From positions 13,910,567 to 13,974,566 of the forward strand of contig CM120644.1 in NCBI GenBank assembly GCA_051362555.1: a DNA stretch of 64,000 bases. The letters run 5' to 3'. A model generated the notes under the pieces. That model was not told the origin of the DNA and did not search any database. It saw nothing but the letters and a program-made list of their open reading frames with translations. This DNA is from Lingula anatina. Its lineage: Eukaryota > Animalia > Brachiopoda. Shown here piece by piece: positions 38,327 through 55,212 of the stretch; the first letter of the stretch is position 1, and every line of letters begins with the position of its first letter. A program made the translations under genes and the position numbers.

Positions 38327-40913
38327 GCTTGAATTTTAAAGATGGCTGGCGGACTAATTTTCCGAATGTGCATCATGACGTGTTTCAAATGTAAAATTGG
38401 GACAAGTGTGATAGAAGGCTGATGACTCATGGACCGAAAAACGGCTCACGGGCAGAAAACAAGAAGTGAAAGCAGAACTCCAAGCGGTCCTTCGTGACAT
38501 TGACATTGTAAATGTGGGTCAAAGTCAAACTTCAAGGTTAAAACCTGCCCCGTTACAAGACTGTGTATATCCATTATGTCTACAGGATTTATTTCCGCTG
38601 AAACCCAGGGAAAAACAGCCCAACATTGTTATAAAGAATGGAGTTATTTTATTTTTTTGTTTTGTTCTCCAAGTCTTTAGTGTTGAACAAATAGGCAGCT
38701 GTAGAATATTAACCACTGTGCATGTTGTGATTTGTGATCTCCTGTCAGTAGTCTGAACTACTGAGTTTGGGCAAGAGATGACGAGAAGGTACCAAAGATT
38801 TCAGATCCACTGAAGAAAAAAAGCTGAAATGTTGAGGACAGTTTTATTGCAGGGAACTGCATGCAAAATTAAGCATCAAGTTTTATCACTCAGCGAAAAG
38901 CTTGCATTAAAAAAGCATCAAATAAGATTAAGTTGGGGTAGCAGGAATTTTGATTTGATGCGTCTGTCCTAAATGACGTATGAAAAAAAGTACCTGTTAC
39001 AGATTTTATTAAGTAGATGGGTAAAGGGAAGTTTTTTCCCCCATTTCTGATACTGCACTGGATGTTGCTGCTGTGCTGCTTTGAGCATTCATGTCTTAGA
39101 AAAAAAACTTTTTAGAAGTATTATTGATGCGAGTGAGAGGTATATGAGAAGTATAAATTGGTGTTCACAATTTGGGTGCTTCTTCTAAACATATATTTGT
39201 AATATATTCTATATGATGAAAGTCGCTCTGAACCATGCATTTTTCATCTCATTGTAAATATTCTCATCACCATTCAGTTTATTTTCATTCATTTGTTGTT
39301 GATATATCTTAAACGGAAAAAGTTAAGTCGCCTTAGAAGAAGTTCATGATTAATAATCAAAAGAGGAATTATGCTCTCTTAAATTTCCTTAACTCTGATT
39401 GAAGATTGTTATACCAAAGAACTTGATTAAGTTACAGAGATTACACAATGGTGTAGAATAACTTTTTATTTTGATTGTTACTTGATCTTTGATGTTAATT
39501 TATTTTCCCCTTTCTTTCACGTTTTTGGTTATGATACTCGTACTATTACTTTTGGGTGGCTCGCCAGCAGTACGTTTTAAATTGAGAAACTGTATTAATG
39601 ATAAGATATGTTGAATTATTTTTAGATTTTGTTAAATTCAACCTCATTGTTTACATAGTATAAATTTTCAAGTGTTCGCTGGAAAAAAGGAAGAAGCACT
39701 TTGATGCCTAACTGTAATACATGCATTTTGCTGCCTAACTTACAATGCACAATACTGCCTAACTGTGGTATTAACTTTGGTGCTGTGTAGCCTACTCGGG
39801 TGTTGGGAGTATCCATGTTGGGATTAAGGCAGAGATTTTTTTTTTCAAACCAGGGGTTGGTGCAACTGATATGTACAAATGTATTATAAAAGACATTATT
39901 AAATTAAACTATGAAACATCAGAACGTATGGCTTGTCTCGAAGTCTCATCCTAATAAGCTCCAGGATTTCATATGCAACCATGCCCAGTAAATCTGTTGG
40001 AAGTAGAATTTGCTATTGCACACAAACGTGTAGCATCTCTCCACTTTCCGTCTGGAAATTTAATTCTATTGCCCACAAAGGGAAGTTCGTGGTCTGCTTT
40101 GTTTGATTTAATAGCTTGTCAATCAGGAATGCAATCTTACAGTATATGTTTCATTAAAAGCCGCTAGTTCGTTCTATAACCATTTTATGACAACGCATCA
40201 GCAAACATTTTCAAAAACCTGACACAATCTTTGCGTTGATCGACGGAGAAAGAAAAATGAGAGATTAACTGTATCGAGGACTGCATTCAAGTCATTCAGC
40301 TAAATGTTGACGGGAATAGAGCCATTTATAAAATAAGATGAAGGCGCGATTCTTTGGTCACACCGTCTCGTTGTCGATAAGAATTTGAATAATAGCAATT
40401 CGATGTCTAAGTTGCATTTAAAAGTCATGGTAAAAGAATTCCACTGCCTCAACCGAAAACGGTTACCGCTTTAGAAAACAAAAATAATTCAAACAGAAAC
40501 TATGCGTGATAAGTACCATACCTACTTCATTTATGCAAAAGAGCCCCTTTCTCAAGCAAAATCGCGATGAACGGGGAAATTGTAGAGGACAACTGAACCA
40601 GAAATGGTTTAATTGGCAGCCATTTAGGTACATATGAACGACGGTAAGAATTTTATTTGAAGCTTTTCGGGCTTTTGCATCGTCCCTTTTTTTACGTAAA
40701 AATCCAGGGTGTTATCAATGTGTGAATAAACGTGAACATTCCAAAGGTGATTTTCCCTACGTCCCTTTTTTTTCACTATAATCTCATGTCTCCAGTGTTG
40801 AAAAGAAGACACACAGATTTTTAATTTTTAAAAAATTATTTCATTTACAGGATTTTAGAGGAATGGAATAAAAACGCTATTAATTTTTACGAAAAGGAAC
40901 TGTACACGTTAAA

Positions 40914-41552
40914 ATGGAAACTATACAACCGGGTGTGACATTAAAAGCGTCAAATACGCCTGGCGTCGAACATTCCAGTGAAAACCCAGATAGATTCCTT
41001 GGTCTTATCATCACTGCATTAATTATAATCTTCTTGGTCATTGTCGCTATCATATTGATATTGGCGGGGAAAATGGATCGGAGAAAAAGAAAGCAGAGTG
41101 GTCGCCAGGCAGAACAGGCTACAACAAGGGATATTTCAGTAACACCGCAAAGCATTGGTAACATTTCCAGCATTGCTGCCGTGTCGTCTCCACAACAACC
41201 GGAAGTCTATGGCAGCCTAAACCGAGCAGACGACACTTTGCACCAATCACAATCGTCCCTCGGAGACGAAATTGGCAACAGAAAACCACCAAAGTACGAA
41301 AATCCCATCTGGGAGCGGAACGACCAGAAAAATGACAAACGTCCTCGCGCATACTCTGAAGGTCGTCCTTCTAACCGCAACATGCGATCCGTTGGACAAT
41401 ATTCCCAAAGAAGTGAAAAGAGAAAAAGAGCCAAAGAGAGCGTCAGCAGCACGGATGTGACGGACGCATCAGAGGGTAATATCTCCTTGCATCCTTTTCA
41501 CCGGAGTTCTGCATATTTCTACGTTGAACAACAGAAATCCACTAAATTGTAG
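40914..41552 (+). CDS. Uncharacterised single-pass membrane protein, 212 aa, intronless CDS
   Basis: ATG-initiated ORF with coding-like GC. Hydrophobic stretch FLGLIITALIIIFLVIVAIILILAG followed by basic stop-transfer KMDRRKRKQ and an S/R/K-rich tail. Upstream donor ACG|GTAAGA (40643/4) and acceptor tttacag (40850) suggest a 5'UTR intron. AATAAA at 42104. Confidence 0.7.
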   Translation: METIQPGVTLKASNTPGVEHSSENPDRFLGLIITALIIIFLVIVAIILILAGKMDRRKRKQSGRQAEQATTRDISVTPQSIGNISSIAAVSSPQQPEVYGSLNRADDTLHQSQSSLGDEIGNRKPPKYENPIWERNDQKNDKRPRAYSEGRPSNRNMRSVGQYSQRSEKRKRAKESVSSTDVTDASEGNISLHPFHRSSAYFYVEQQKSTKL

Positions 41553-41660
41553 TTAAGCAGTAGTTGGTTCCAAAATGTTATATGTTCCGACTTGGAGGCC
41601 TCAGTAGCGAATACGCAACCAGCTGACTCGCAGCCAAGTGTGCTAGAAATTCCTCTTAAG

Positions 41661-41839
41661 CAGGGGCGGATCCAGAGATATTTTCTGACAGTCTTCCAAA
41701 TTATCTTTGTTGATCCATCCTCATTTTTGACCGTCTTCCGACAGAAAAAGTTAGATACCCGTCTATATAAAATCTTGAAAAGACTTGAAATTCTGACCGT
41801 CTTCCGGAAGACCAAGAAGACGGCCTAAATCCGCCCCTG
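41661..41839. mobile_element. MITE with CAGGGGCGGAT terminal inverted repeats
   Basis: CAGGGGCGGAT...ATCCGCCCCTG flanked by TTAAG direct repeats (5-bp TSD). Lies in the 3' region of the orphan membrane-protein gene. A diverged copy is at 27576-27739. Confidence 0.8.
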
Positions 41840-42884
41840 TTAAGTGCATGTACCATTACAGGCAGCTTGGGTAAACTTTCTTCCCACAGCAACCAAAGGA
41901 ATATTCTAAAAGACCTCCTATAATTAGGAATTTTTTAAGAGCAAGATAAATTTTCATTTAAGTGTTCTTTCATTTGAAAAACTGTACCTGTAAAACTACA
42001 TTAAAAAGTTCTCTTAATCTCTTTAAGTTTTGACTATATATTCTAGGATGTAAGATTCGCCCTCTAGGTGTAGCAAATACAAATTTAATTATTCAATTTG
42101 ACAAATAAAATATCAACTAAACCACTTGCTTTTTGTGTCAAACTGCCCTTTCATCTGAGTGCTGTCTTCTCGGTGGGATAATCAGCAAGATATTTTTTCT
42201 TAATTTCTCCCTCAAGACGTAGCAATTTTAATTATTTAATTTGAGAATTTTAATATCAACTAAACTACCTGCCTTGCGTGGCCTCACCCATATTGAAGTT
42301 ACTTCAGAAAAGACAAGGGCACATTCTTCAATACTTTTATACTTTTAACAAATAGCGAATCTAAGACCCACCTAAAAATAAAAAAGAATGATTAAAAAAG
42401 AATAACGGTAAAAGAAACCCATTGTGGACTTGCATGATCAACTCCTCAAATAACGCCAAATGCCCAGAATTTTAGATTTTCATCCTTTTCAAAAACTCCT
42501 GGATCTACTCGTCTTTATTTTTCTCTTCATAACCATAACGTAAGACAAAAATCACTTTAGTCAAATTTCATTTTTATTCAACAAATGTTCTTCAAATACA
42601 AATACACTCATATATAGCAAAATGAAAGAAAAAACGGTCAGGTTCATTAAATGAAGTAAGGAAATTGAACGCTCCATCAACAAGTACGAACCTTGGCTGA
42701 AAAGAAGCAACCGGTCGAATCTGTAACCTATAACCTTTGTTTATCACTATTAGCATTCAAATAAAAGAGTAACATATACACTGTTAACCGTAGCTCCCGT
42801 ATGTAACTATAGTTGCATTTTTTTTATCACTTGTGATCATCATAACCCATTGCAGTTTCGCTTGTTTTAATAATATTAGCTTTT

Positions 42885-45355
42885 TTATTTAAACTTATAC
42901 TCAAACAAAGGAGAAAGCAAGAAATTTGCAGTATCATAACCAGATTGCCACACTTTGGCTGCAATCGTCTCTTCCTTCTCAACGCCAATGACAGACGCTT
43001 CATCCAATCGTTGGGGACAATCCGTGCACTTTAACTCAGAGACGCTGATCGGCATGCTTTGGGGCTGGACACCCAGTATTCCAGTTAACATACCCTTAAA
43101 CGACACCTCATTACCGGGTAATAAGGTGCGGACGAAATTTTTAAATTTGTTCCCCGCAACGAGAGAGACATCTGGGGACTGATTTGATGAAGTTGGACTC
43201 GCCTGTACTGCGATTTCGAATTGGTAAGTGTTCAGATCATGCAGGTGGCATTCCGATCTACGAAGGTGCTTGTACTCACAGGGATCAAGCTCATCAAAAT
43301 ATGTGGTGCCGTTCCGCGTGTCTCCACAAGTTGGGTATTTCGCTCCGTAGATGCATTTCAGCCAGTCTGCCAAGACTTCGGGGAGGACTTTCAATAAAGC
43401 TTCCGCCTGGTTGTCAATTTTGCTCACACGAACACTCTGAACCGTGCCTGACCACTCGACTTTTACATTAGCAAGATTCTGGCACTTCATTTGGATATCT
43501 GCGCTGTTGATTCCCTCCTTGCCAGTGTGTCCACAAATACTGACATACTTATCCCACGGCAGGACATCCTGTGGAGCAACCTCCTGAAAGCTCCTTACAT
43601 CGATAAAAAGCGGAGTACACAAAAGAAGCATTATCCCAGCCAAAACAAACTTGCCCTTTCTTGTTGCAAACAGTGGGTTCTTCCGCAATTGCTTATTATA
43701 ATCTGGTAGAAAACTAAGAATTGTTGGAACGAGAATGAGCAATAAAGTTACCATCGCCTTCAGCACAGCACCAAAGCTGAACGTTTTCAAAACAAAATAA
43801 ATTGCACCAAAAATAGCAAAAACGCCAAAAATTGGCAAGAGTGGAAACAGCGCCATAATTAGAGCACCACGGAACAGCCCCTTCCAAGATGAATACATAT
43901 ACAGCAGAACTGCGAGCTGCCACCACAGAAAGGTCACCAAAATTGGAAGAAGCAGACGATATATTCCGCTCCACGACTTGTCTTTGGCAATTTTTATCAA
44001 AATGGCGGGGATGGCTACATAGACAACTGAAGGGATGCCAAGATGCAAGATGAAGCCGGGGAACATCTCAAAAGACACAATGGGCGAGGCAAAAAGATTT
44101 AAAGCTGGCGTTATCACAGGGATTGTGGGAAATTTTTGAACGATGATTTGCAAAGTTGATGCCACGTTGAAAACCATAGCCAAGACACACGTAGCGTAGT
44201 TTCCGCCTGTCCGAAAGGCAAAAAGGCAACCCAATGATAGGAAGGCGCAAAATTCAGCCATTTCAGAACAAGGGATATAGTTTTTATTTGCCAGCAGGAA
44301 GGAAACCACGCCCATGAAGAAGGCACCAAAGAAGGCCCAGTATGGCGTCAGAGAGTGCCACGTGTATTCCAACTCGACGGTGGAGTCATCTAGCGACGGG
44401 TTGTACTGTCCCAGAATCTCTGTCCACACTTTTACGACACTCCCAATCTTCTTCTTATCATGCATCATCTGAAGCGTGGATATGAACATCGTTAGAAAAC
44501 ACAGCAGGAAGACCAGCAGCGGAAGGATTGCAAAAACTAGATCCGCCGTGATGAGGCTGTACAGGAAGAAAACTGCCAAGAAATAGATTTGGTTGCTAGG
44601 GATACAGGAGATGATGAAGGCCCCGCCCTCCTTAGAAGCATACTCCAAGACCTCGTCCAAAGCGATGCTCAGTGATTTCCCGGGGTATTTCAGGATCTGC
44701 AATGTAATGGTTATTGTTTTCATAACTATTGCTTAAAATACTGGCCTCCTTATCAGTAAGTTTTATTTCAACTATCAAAAAATGTTGTATGGTTTCTTGA
44801 TAGGATGATAAGAAAGAGTTATTCTTTAATAAGAAATTAAATAACAAGAGCTGGCGTTTATATCAATGGACTTCGGTAAATGCTGGACTGAAACCTTTTA
44901 TTTACACGTCGCAAATTAATGTAACCCTACTTTGATACCTCTTATGTTGATAAACATTTTTAGAAATCTGTACATGACAATGAATATGAATAAAATGAAC
45001 AGACCGACATGGTTTCACAGTTTAATGGAAGCACCCAGCATTCCTCAGTGACAATAAAATATCTGTAAACACTGATTTATTTTTGTATTTGTTCTGACCT
45101 TGTCCTTCACGGTGGCGTTCTTGTACTGTTCTGCGTCTACGTCCGAGTCGAACCTCTGATGAAGCGAGTGAAGAGAAGCACTTTGAGTAACTTGTTTAGC
45201 TATGGCGTTGACAAAGTCGTCTTCGGTAACGGTGTCTTTCTTTTGGATTTTGTCTAAGTAAACAAAAGCAATTGATCATGAACAAAGTATTAGCTGCATA
45301 ACGAAAAGCATATTGAGGATGAAGACGGATTACCCAAGAGCGAGCGAGAGAGATG

Positions 45356-45411
<56 letters not shown>

Positions 45412-46316
45412 AAGTTTGAACGCGTGGTCCTTTTATCATGAAAACTTAGTTTATCTAGATCAAATTTACCCAGAGTGGACCTTTTCCGACCTTATGAACC
45501 CCCCTATCCCCCTCCCCGGCTACGGGTCTGACACCATTTGTAATTTCTAAAACTTTTTCCAAATCTGTAAGTACCCGCGCTGTTACTGTACCTGTAATTG
45601 CAGCAGCAGCCTTCCCCTTTTCGTCAGGAATCAGTTCTTTCATGGCTTGCACAAACTTGGTCTTGGGTATTTGCGTCATATCCAGGCGGGACTGGATGGT
45701 CTTAAACAGTCTCTTCGCGGCATGCTTAACGGATTTTTTCGCGTCGCTGTCTTCAAGACAGTGACTTATTTTGGCGATGTTATCTTCCGAAACTCCTACA
45801 AGAGAGATAGACTCCTAAAATGTTTCTGCTTAAAAAAAAACGCCTCTGAAGAGCCGATTTCGCACTGTAATATCGCACAAATAGCAAGATTTGATTGAAA
45901 ACGAATGTTATAAATCATATCAAATTCATTAGGACTTAGTTATAAGCTTTAGTGAAATAAAAAAAAAAAATAACATCAAAATAAGTACATGACAATGCAT
46001 AGGCCTATTATGATCCTCAACCCATGGCTTAGAATTGCAAATATATAAATAAACCTAAAAATGAAGCATATATCATTTTTTATTATTAATTTAAATTACA
46101 TCCATCGCACTTTATTTCAATCTTACCAACACTATCATGTACAAATTCCCGGAGGAGTTCGGTAGCTCTCGTGTTTCCTTGCTCGGACAGTATCGTCAAC
46201 CAATCAACCGTGGTTTTGGCATTTTCTGCGGGTATTTCACCATTCTTCACTTTCACCAAGACACCTCTGGCCTCGTCTAGACGCCCTTCCGTCTCTTTCT
46301 CTAGTGCTGATGCCAT
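42885..46316 (-). CDS. WFS1: Wolframin (ER multi-pass membrane protein), ~786 aa, 4 coding exons seen
   Basis: Exons 46127-46316, 45592-45795 (GVSEDNIAKISHCLEDSDAKKSVKHAAKRLF), 45099-45253 and a large last exon 42885-44696 with many TM helices, YIPCSE, and the luminal domain (WDKYVSICG..VEWSGTVQSVRVSKIDNQAE..DWLKCIYGAKYPTC..ECHL) typical of wolframin. An acceptor lies just before the ATG, so upstream exons are likely (candidate donors ~46600, ~47645). Confidence 0.92.
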
Positions 46317-46919
46317 TCTGTTGGGACGTAATAACATAGAATGAACACAGCTATTTGGTTTTATCTGTTTATGAACTCACAATTTTTCGCTTGCAGAGCC
46401 GCATTTTGCAACCAAAGCCTAAGTATTTTGCAACCACGACGCATTATTTAACCATAATGAATTTTCAGTGACCAAAAAAGTGTATAAGGAGAAGAAGAAA
46501 AGACAATATTTTGCAATGTTAATTTTTGTTATACATAAACAGTCTATCGGTCTATCCTTATCAGAGCACGACGGACGGTAGGCCTATAGCTACATTGTAC
46601 CTACATTTGAGTTCCTGCGGTCGGACCACTAGAAATGTTTGACTTTGGAGTGGGCTGCGGCAAGTTTCCAGTCTTATCTGCCCGAAAAGGCAAATGCCTA
46701 AAAAGAGTTTATCACGGTCAAGGGGGAAAATAGTCGAACCGATCAAGAGTGCATTTCTTGTCAAGATTATCTGGATTTTAAAGGAGTATCGGGTCAATAA
46801 CTTTGGTTTAATATTCAGTAGGCCTAAAGCTGATTCTTGCCTTTTAAAAAATTAGGTTGCAAAATGTGTTTGGTTGCCTAATGAGGCTCCACACGCTAAC
46901 GGATTTATCACGATTATGC

Positions 46920-46920
<1 letters not shown>

Positions 46921-46972
<52 letters not shown>
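46921..46972. repeat. (TAT)n microsatellite
   Basis: Pure trinucleotide run upstream of the WFS1 coding exons. Confidence 0.95.
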
Positions 46973-48211
46973 CAAATGATGAAAACAATGAAGAGGGCCT
47001 ACACAAGAGACGTAAGGGACTACGGTTCTTCTTTTCAGTTAAAAAAAATTAAACATAGATCTTTGGAAATCTTTCGAAATTTCTTCAATACTGTTCGTCA
47101 ACACAGAATTAAAGCGGTGAATATATTTAAAATTAATATTCCATCTTGTTGCGTTCTTTTATTTCTTTTCTTTCTCTCTAATTCATACGGGCCATAGAAC
47201 TGCATATGCAAGGGCAGAAAGACAAACGAAGACAGATAATTGTTTCAGTTGAGCAGAACGGGTGCATCCCGCGCACCAAGCGCAATTAAAAAAATGCTCC
47301 ACATCCCCGTCGTCACTCCGTTGTTTATTTCCATTAACTCCCCACGAGAAATAACCAAGGGCACTCGAATACTTAACACGTCATGCTCGCCAAAGTAAGA
47401 AGCTTACAAGTGTCACATTCCTCGTGTAAACGCTGGTCAATACCCGGTCAATCGTGATTATCTCTTGGCGTAAATTAATCCCGGAAATGAGTATCGGGAA
47501 ACGAAACCCAGCTAAGCTTAATTTCTTAACATTGAAGTCTCAAATAAAGCAGTAATTTAAGTATCACATTATTAACTTAATAAAGGTAATTTGTTGTGGG
47601 CAGCGAAATATGGATCACTGCTGAGATTTGAGTTGCGTTCTTACCTGGAATGCCGTCAGCTTCCAGTAACGGTATCTTTCATCTGCGTGCACCACACCTG
47701 AACACGTTATAGATTGACCTAGTTTCCTAATTATTTTTGCAATGACCCCGGATGACTCAATTTATGATCCAGAAATAACATGTATGTTATAATGTTTTTC
47801 TTGCTTTGTCATTTTACTATCTTTTTCTTTTTTTCATCCTCTTTCAATCTCTTGAAGGTGGGTGGGGGCATATGACTGTTTAATGATACAATGTACATAT
47901 ATATTAAAAATTGATAGAATTCTAATTATTTCCAACATAAAAGAGGGCCAAGAAATTTAAAGCAGATTGATTAATATTACACAGTTTATGTCATAGGAAA
48001 CAGTAACAGATCCATTGGCAAGGGTGGTGGATCTGCACCCTTAGTCTAGAAAAGGTCCACTGTAAATTTAACTGAATTATAATAGGTTCTATTTAATTTT
48101 GTAAGTTGGGTCAACTGAGTGTGCGAAAATCAAGGTTCAGTTTTTCAGACCCCACCCCCCCTTTGTAACTTCAGACTTGTGCACCATACAAGTCTTCAAC
48201 TAAATACCCTT

Positions 48212-48478
48212 CAGGGGCAGATACAGGATTATTTGAAAGGGGTGAATGGTTTGCAGATCTGAAATCGACCCCCCCCCCCCCCCCTTGGCCTGAGGTTTGG
48301 AGCCTGATGATGGGCCTCGAAAAATTTTGGTATATTAGAGGACAAATGGTGCCATTTGGTACAGTTTAGAACTATGATTCTGACAAAATTCAAGAGGGGA
48401 CTATATTGGTGTTATTTTTTTAGAAATCGAAGGAGGGAGGGTCAGGACCCCCCTGACACCCCCATAAATGCACCACTG
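48212..48478. mobile_element. Degenerate CAGGGGC-type MITE
   Basis: CAGGGGCAGATACAG ... TAAATGCACCACTG imperfect TIRs with G/C runs typical of the other MITEs in this window. Confidence 0.45.
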
Positions 48479-49397
48479 CTCCTAATATTTGTCCACACAC
48501 ACACACACACACACACACCCCAAAAAAGGGGGCAAAACTCAAAATATTAATTGACACTTTTTTTATTACATTACATTTATTTAACAACAATAACAGTTAC
48601 AATATCATCACAGACACAGCATTGTATAAGTACATGTCATTGATCACAACAACCATGAAATGCCTTGGCAGCCAAATGAATTATAAAAGCTTAATATTTA
48701 ATTGCAAGAAAAATCTCTTGTGTACAGCAACTACACATACATACTAGATTTAGACACTCAACCAAAAAACTTCAGAATTTTTTGGTCTAGTGTACATGTT
48801 TAATATGTTTTTCATTGTCTCCAGTGTAATGCTTAACATGTTGATTTAAAAAAGTAAATAGTTTCCTAAGCAAGTGTGAACTGCTCGCTTTTTTCCTGTG
48901 AAAGACATTTTGACCCATTTTGCATCACATGACTGTGACTTATATCCATTGGCCTAAGAATATTTTTCCTTAAGTTTTTGTCATAGATGACTGCAGTTGG
49001 GAATCAATTCCCTACTTGGAATGGGAGTTAAATATCAAATAATAAAAAGTTATTACTTTGATTAATTATATCATTTGCCTAAGAAAGTTATTTTTCCTTT
49101 TTCTGTCATAGGTGACTGGAGATGGATATCAAGTCCCAAACCTGAAATAAACTCAAATAAAAAATATCAAATAATAAAAAAGTTACATATCATAAGTTTT
49201 CCCGAAGTATTATATGTACAAATGACAATAAGGTATCATTTATAAGCACCATGATGAAGGCAATTATGCCAACCTAAATTTTTATATAATTAAACACCTC
49301 AAATGCAGTCCAACGTTAACGTATTATATTATGTGACCTACTTGATAACACAGTCAGCAGGGCCACAGACATATGACATTCCTTCTATTCTCCTTAA

Positions 49398-49711
49398 AGG
49401 GATAACAACTTTTCAGATGGGATTCAAAATTCCACATTAATTACATTGTAAACATCACACAAAAATATAATAAATTCTGTTTTACAACTAAATTATTGAG
49501 GTTACCGCACTTATTCTGAAATCTGTGCTTTCTTAAAAGATTTTTACAAAAACCCTAAAAAATAATTATAATAATAATAAAAATCCACTCACTTAAAATG
49601 TCGAAATGGATTAATTAACCATTGGTAAATATGAGCACATCTTTCTTTACATCTGGCAAATCTGTTTCATGGCTCTTTTCCTGCCAAAATTGATGAAGAC
49701 TTGTTATCCCT
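49398..49711. mobile_element. TTAA-flanked MITE (Kolobok-like termini)
   Basis: TTAA|AGGGATAACAA ... TTGTTATCCCT|TTAA: perfect 11-bp TIR plus TTAA TSD. Confidence 0.7.
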
Positions 49712-51250
49712 TTAATTCTGCCTAAAACAATCCTTTTTTTATCACAAAAGCTACATGTATGGGGGGGGGGGGGGGGCATACATTGTCATGAGCAGCAACT
49801 CAACTTAACTGGCCGGGAAAAGTAACCAGAGTGTCAAAAAACAAGTCATTTGACCTTATGGAAATTGGCCATAACCTACTTACGACGTATTTACAGAGGT
49901 TCTCTGGTGCACTCCTTTTATTTAATGCTTACTCTGACTAAATAAAACCAGTGGAGTGTACCAGTATAAATTAGAGTGCCTCCTTATAATTTGAATTCAA
50001 AATTCAGTCCCGTGGAAGCTGTCCAAGCAAAGCTGAACTGTTTAATACTGACAATAAAACATATTCTGCTGTAAATCCTAGAAACTTAGCACATCAATAT
50101 TTGTTTGTATGATACTGCTTCACAACATATCCTTTCATGAAACTGTAAGACGAACAAGCTATACAACAAAAAAGGCCAATAAGTCACAAAAAATGATAAT
50201 TTCTAAAAAAAAAAAAAAAAAAAAGAAAAAAGAATTATGAACAGAATTACAAATTCCTCATATATTATTTTTTGATTGCCTTAAACCTCAGAAATTTTAT
50301 GACACATTTTTTGCTGCAAAAACTTAATACATAAACAAACCCAAACAGAATATATATTCTAACAAAAATAACAATCTTTATTTGTTCAGACTACTATATT
50401 GTACTTTAAATACTCATAATAGCACTTTTTGTATGTAGCAAAAAAGCTTTGTAACTGAATACAAAAATAAAATGAAATTATAATAGAAAAATGGCATCAA
50501 ATATATATATTACTATTACGTTAATTAACAAATTAAAACATCACAATTTACGTTCTAAATTAAAATAAATAGCATAATTATTGAAAAAAATTAAAGCATT
50601 AAATTATTGTAAACATGTACTTAATCCATCAAGCTGACCATGGTGATTAAGCATATATTTGAAAACAAAATTAGGTTAAATTTTTGGTTATTTTAGGGAA
50701 TATCTGACCTATAAACACCATAATAATTGACATATCTAGCTCACTAATTTACTAAATTATAATTTAAAGAACCACATATCTATTGTATAATTAACACTCT
50801 GGTTTGAATAGTTATATTTTGCATATAAACATGCACATGCTGAGCATGCATCTAGCAGTCAACATGTACGACAACAGAAGAGAGCAACTGCAGGGACAAT
50901 AGTACAGAGATAAATATTGTGGACAATCATTTTTGATTATAACTGTCCTTTTTGTTACCCCAAAAATGCTCTATATGTTAAATTTTCTCATAAAAGATTA
51001 TCTGAGGGCAAAAAAAGGAGGGTTACAGGTGACTGATAGATGCAGGACAACGCTGGGGGGGGGGGGGGGGGGGGGTATACAGATAGATATTAAAAGTGTC
51101 TGTTAAAATATTTTTTCTGCTTAAAAACCAACTTCAAATTTTTCTCATGAAGTATCACAATCGTGAGTAGAAAGGGACACAAACAAACATAACAGAAAAG
51201 GCGTCTTGGGGAGAGGGGAGACCACAAAAACCTGATTGCCGTATTAGCAA

Positions 51251-55107
<3,857 letters not shown>

Positions 55108-55116
55108 TTATGTTCT

Positions 55117-55119
55117 GAA

Positions 55120-55209
<90 letters not shown>
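55117..55209. repeat. Poly-A plus (TA)n tract forming the polypyrimidine region of the secernin first-coding-exon acceptor
   Basis: Minus strand reads (TA)n-poly(T)-CAG|AACATAAATGGCC. Confidence 0.85.

Positions 55210-55212
<3 letters not shown>

Noticed and set aside
42955-44329. Several overlapping or antisense ORFs within WFS1 (also within the UGT, secernin and orphan genes)
   Set aside because: Shadow ORFs expected from GC-richer coding sequence, with no independent support.
44697-44723. ORF-track start MKTITITLQ for the 612-aa ORF
   Set aside because: Intronic. The exon begins after ttgcag at 44696 and joins upstream WFS1 exons. The same applies to the ORF-track starts at 51832, 52766, 53432, 53928 and 35556.
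47320-47480. ER-stress element (ERSE) upstream of WFS1
   Set aside because: CCACG is present but the CCAAT-N9-CCACG spacing and sequence are not satisfied.
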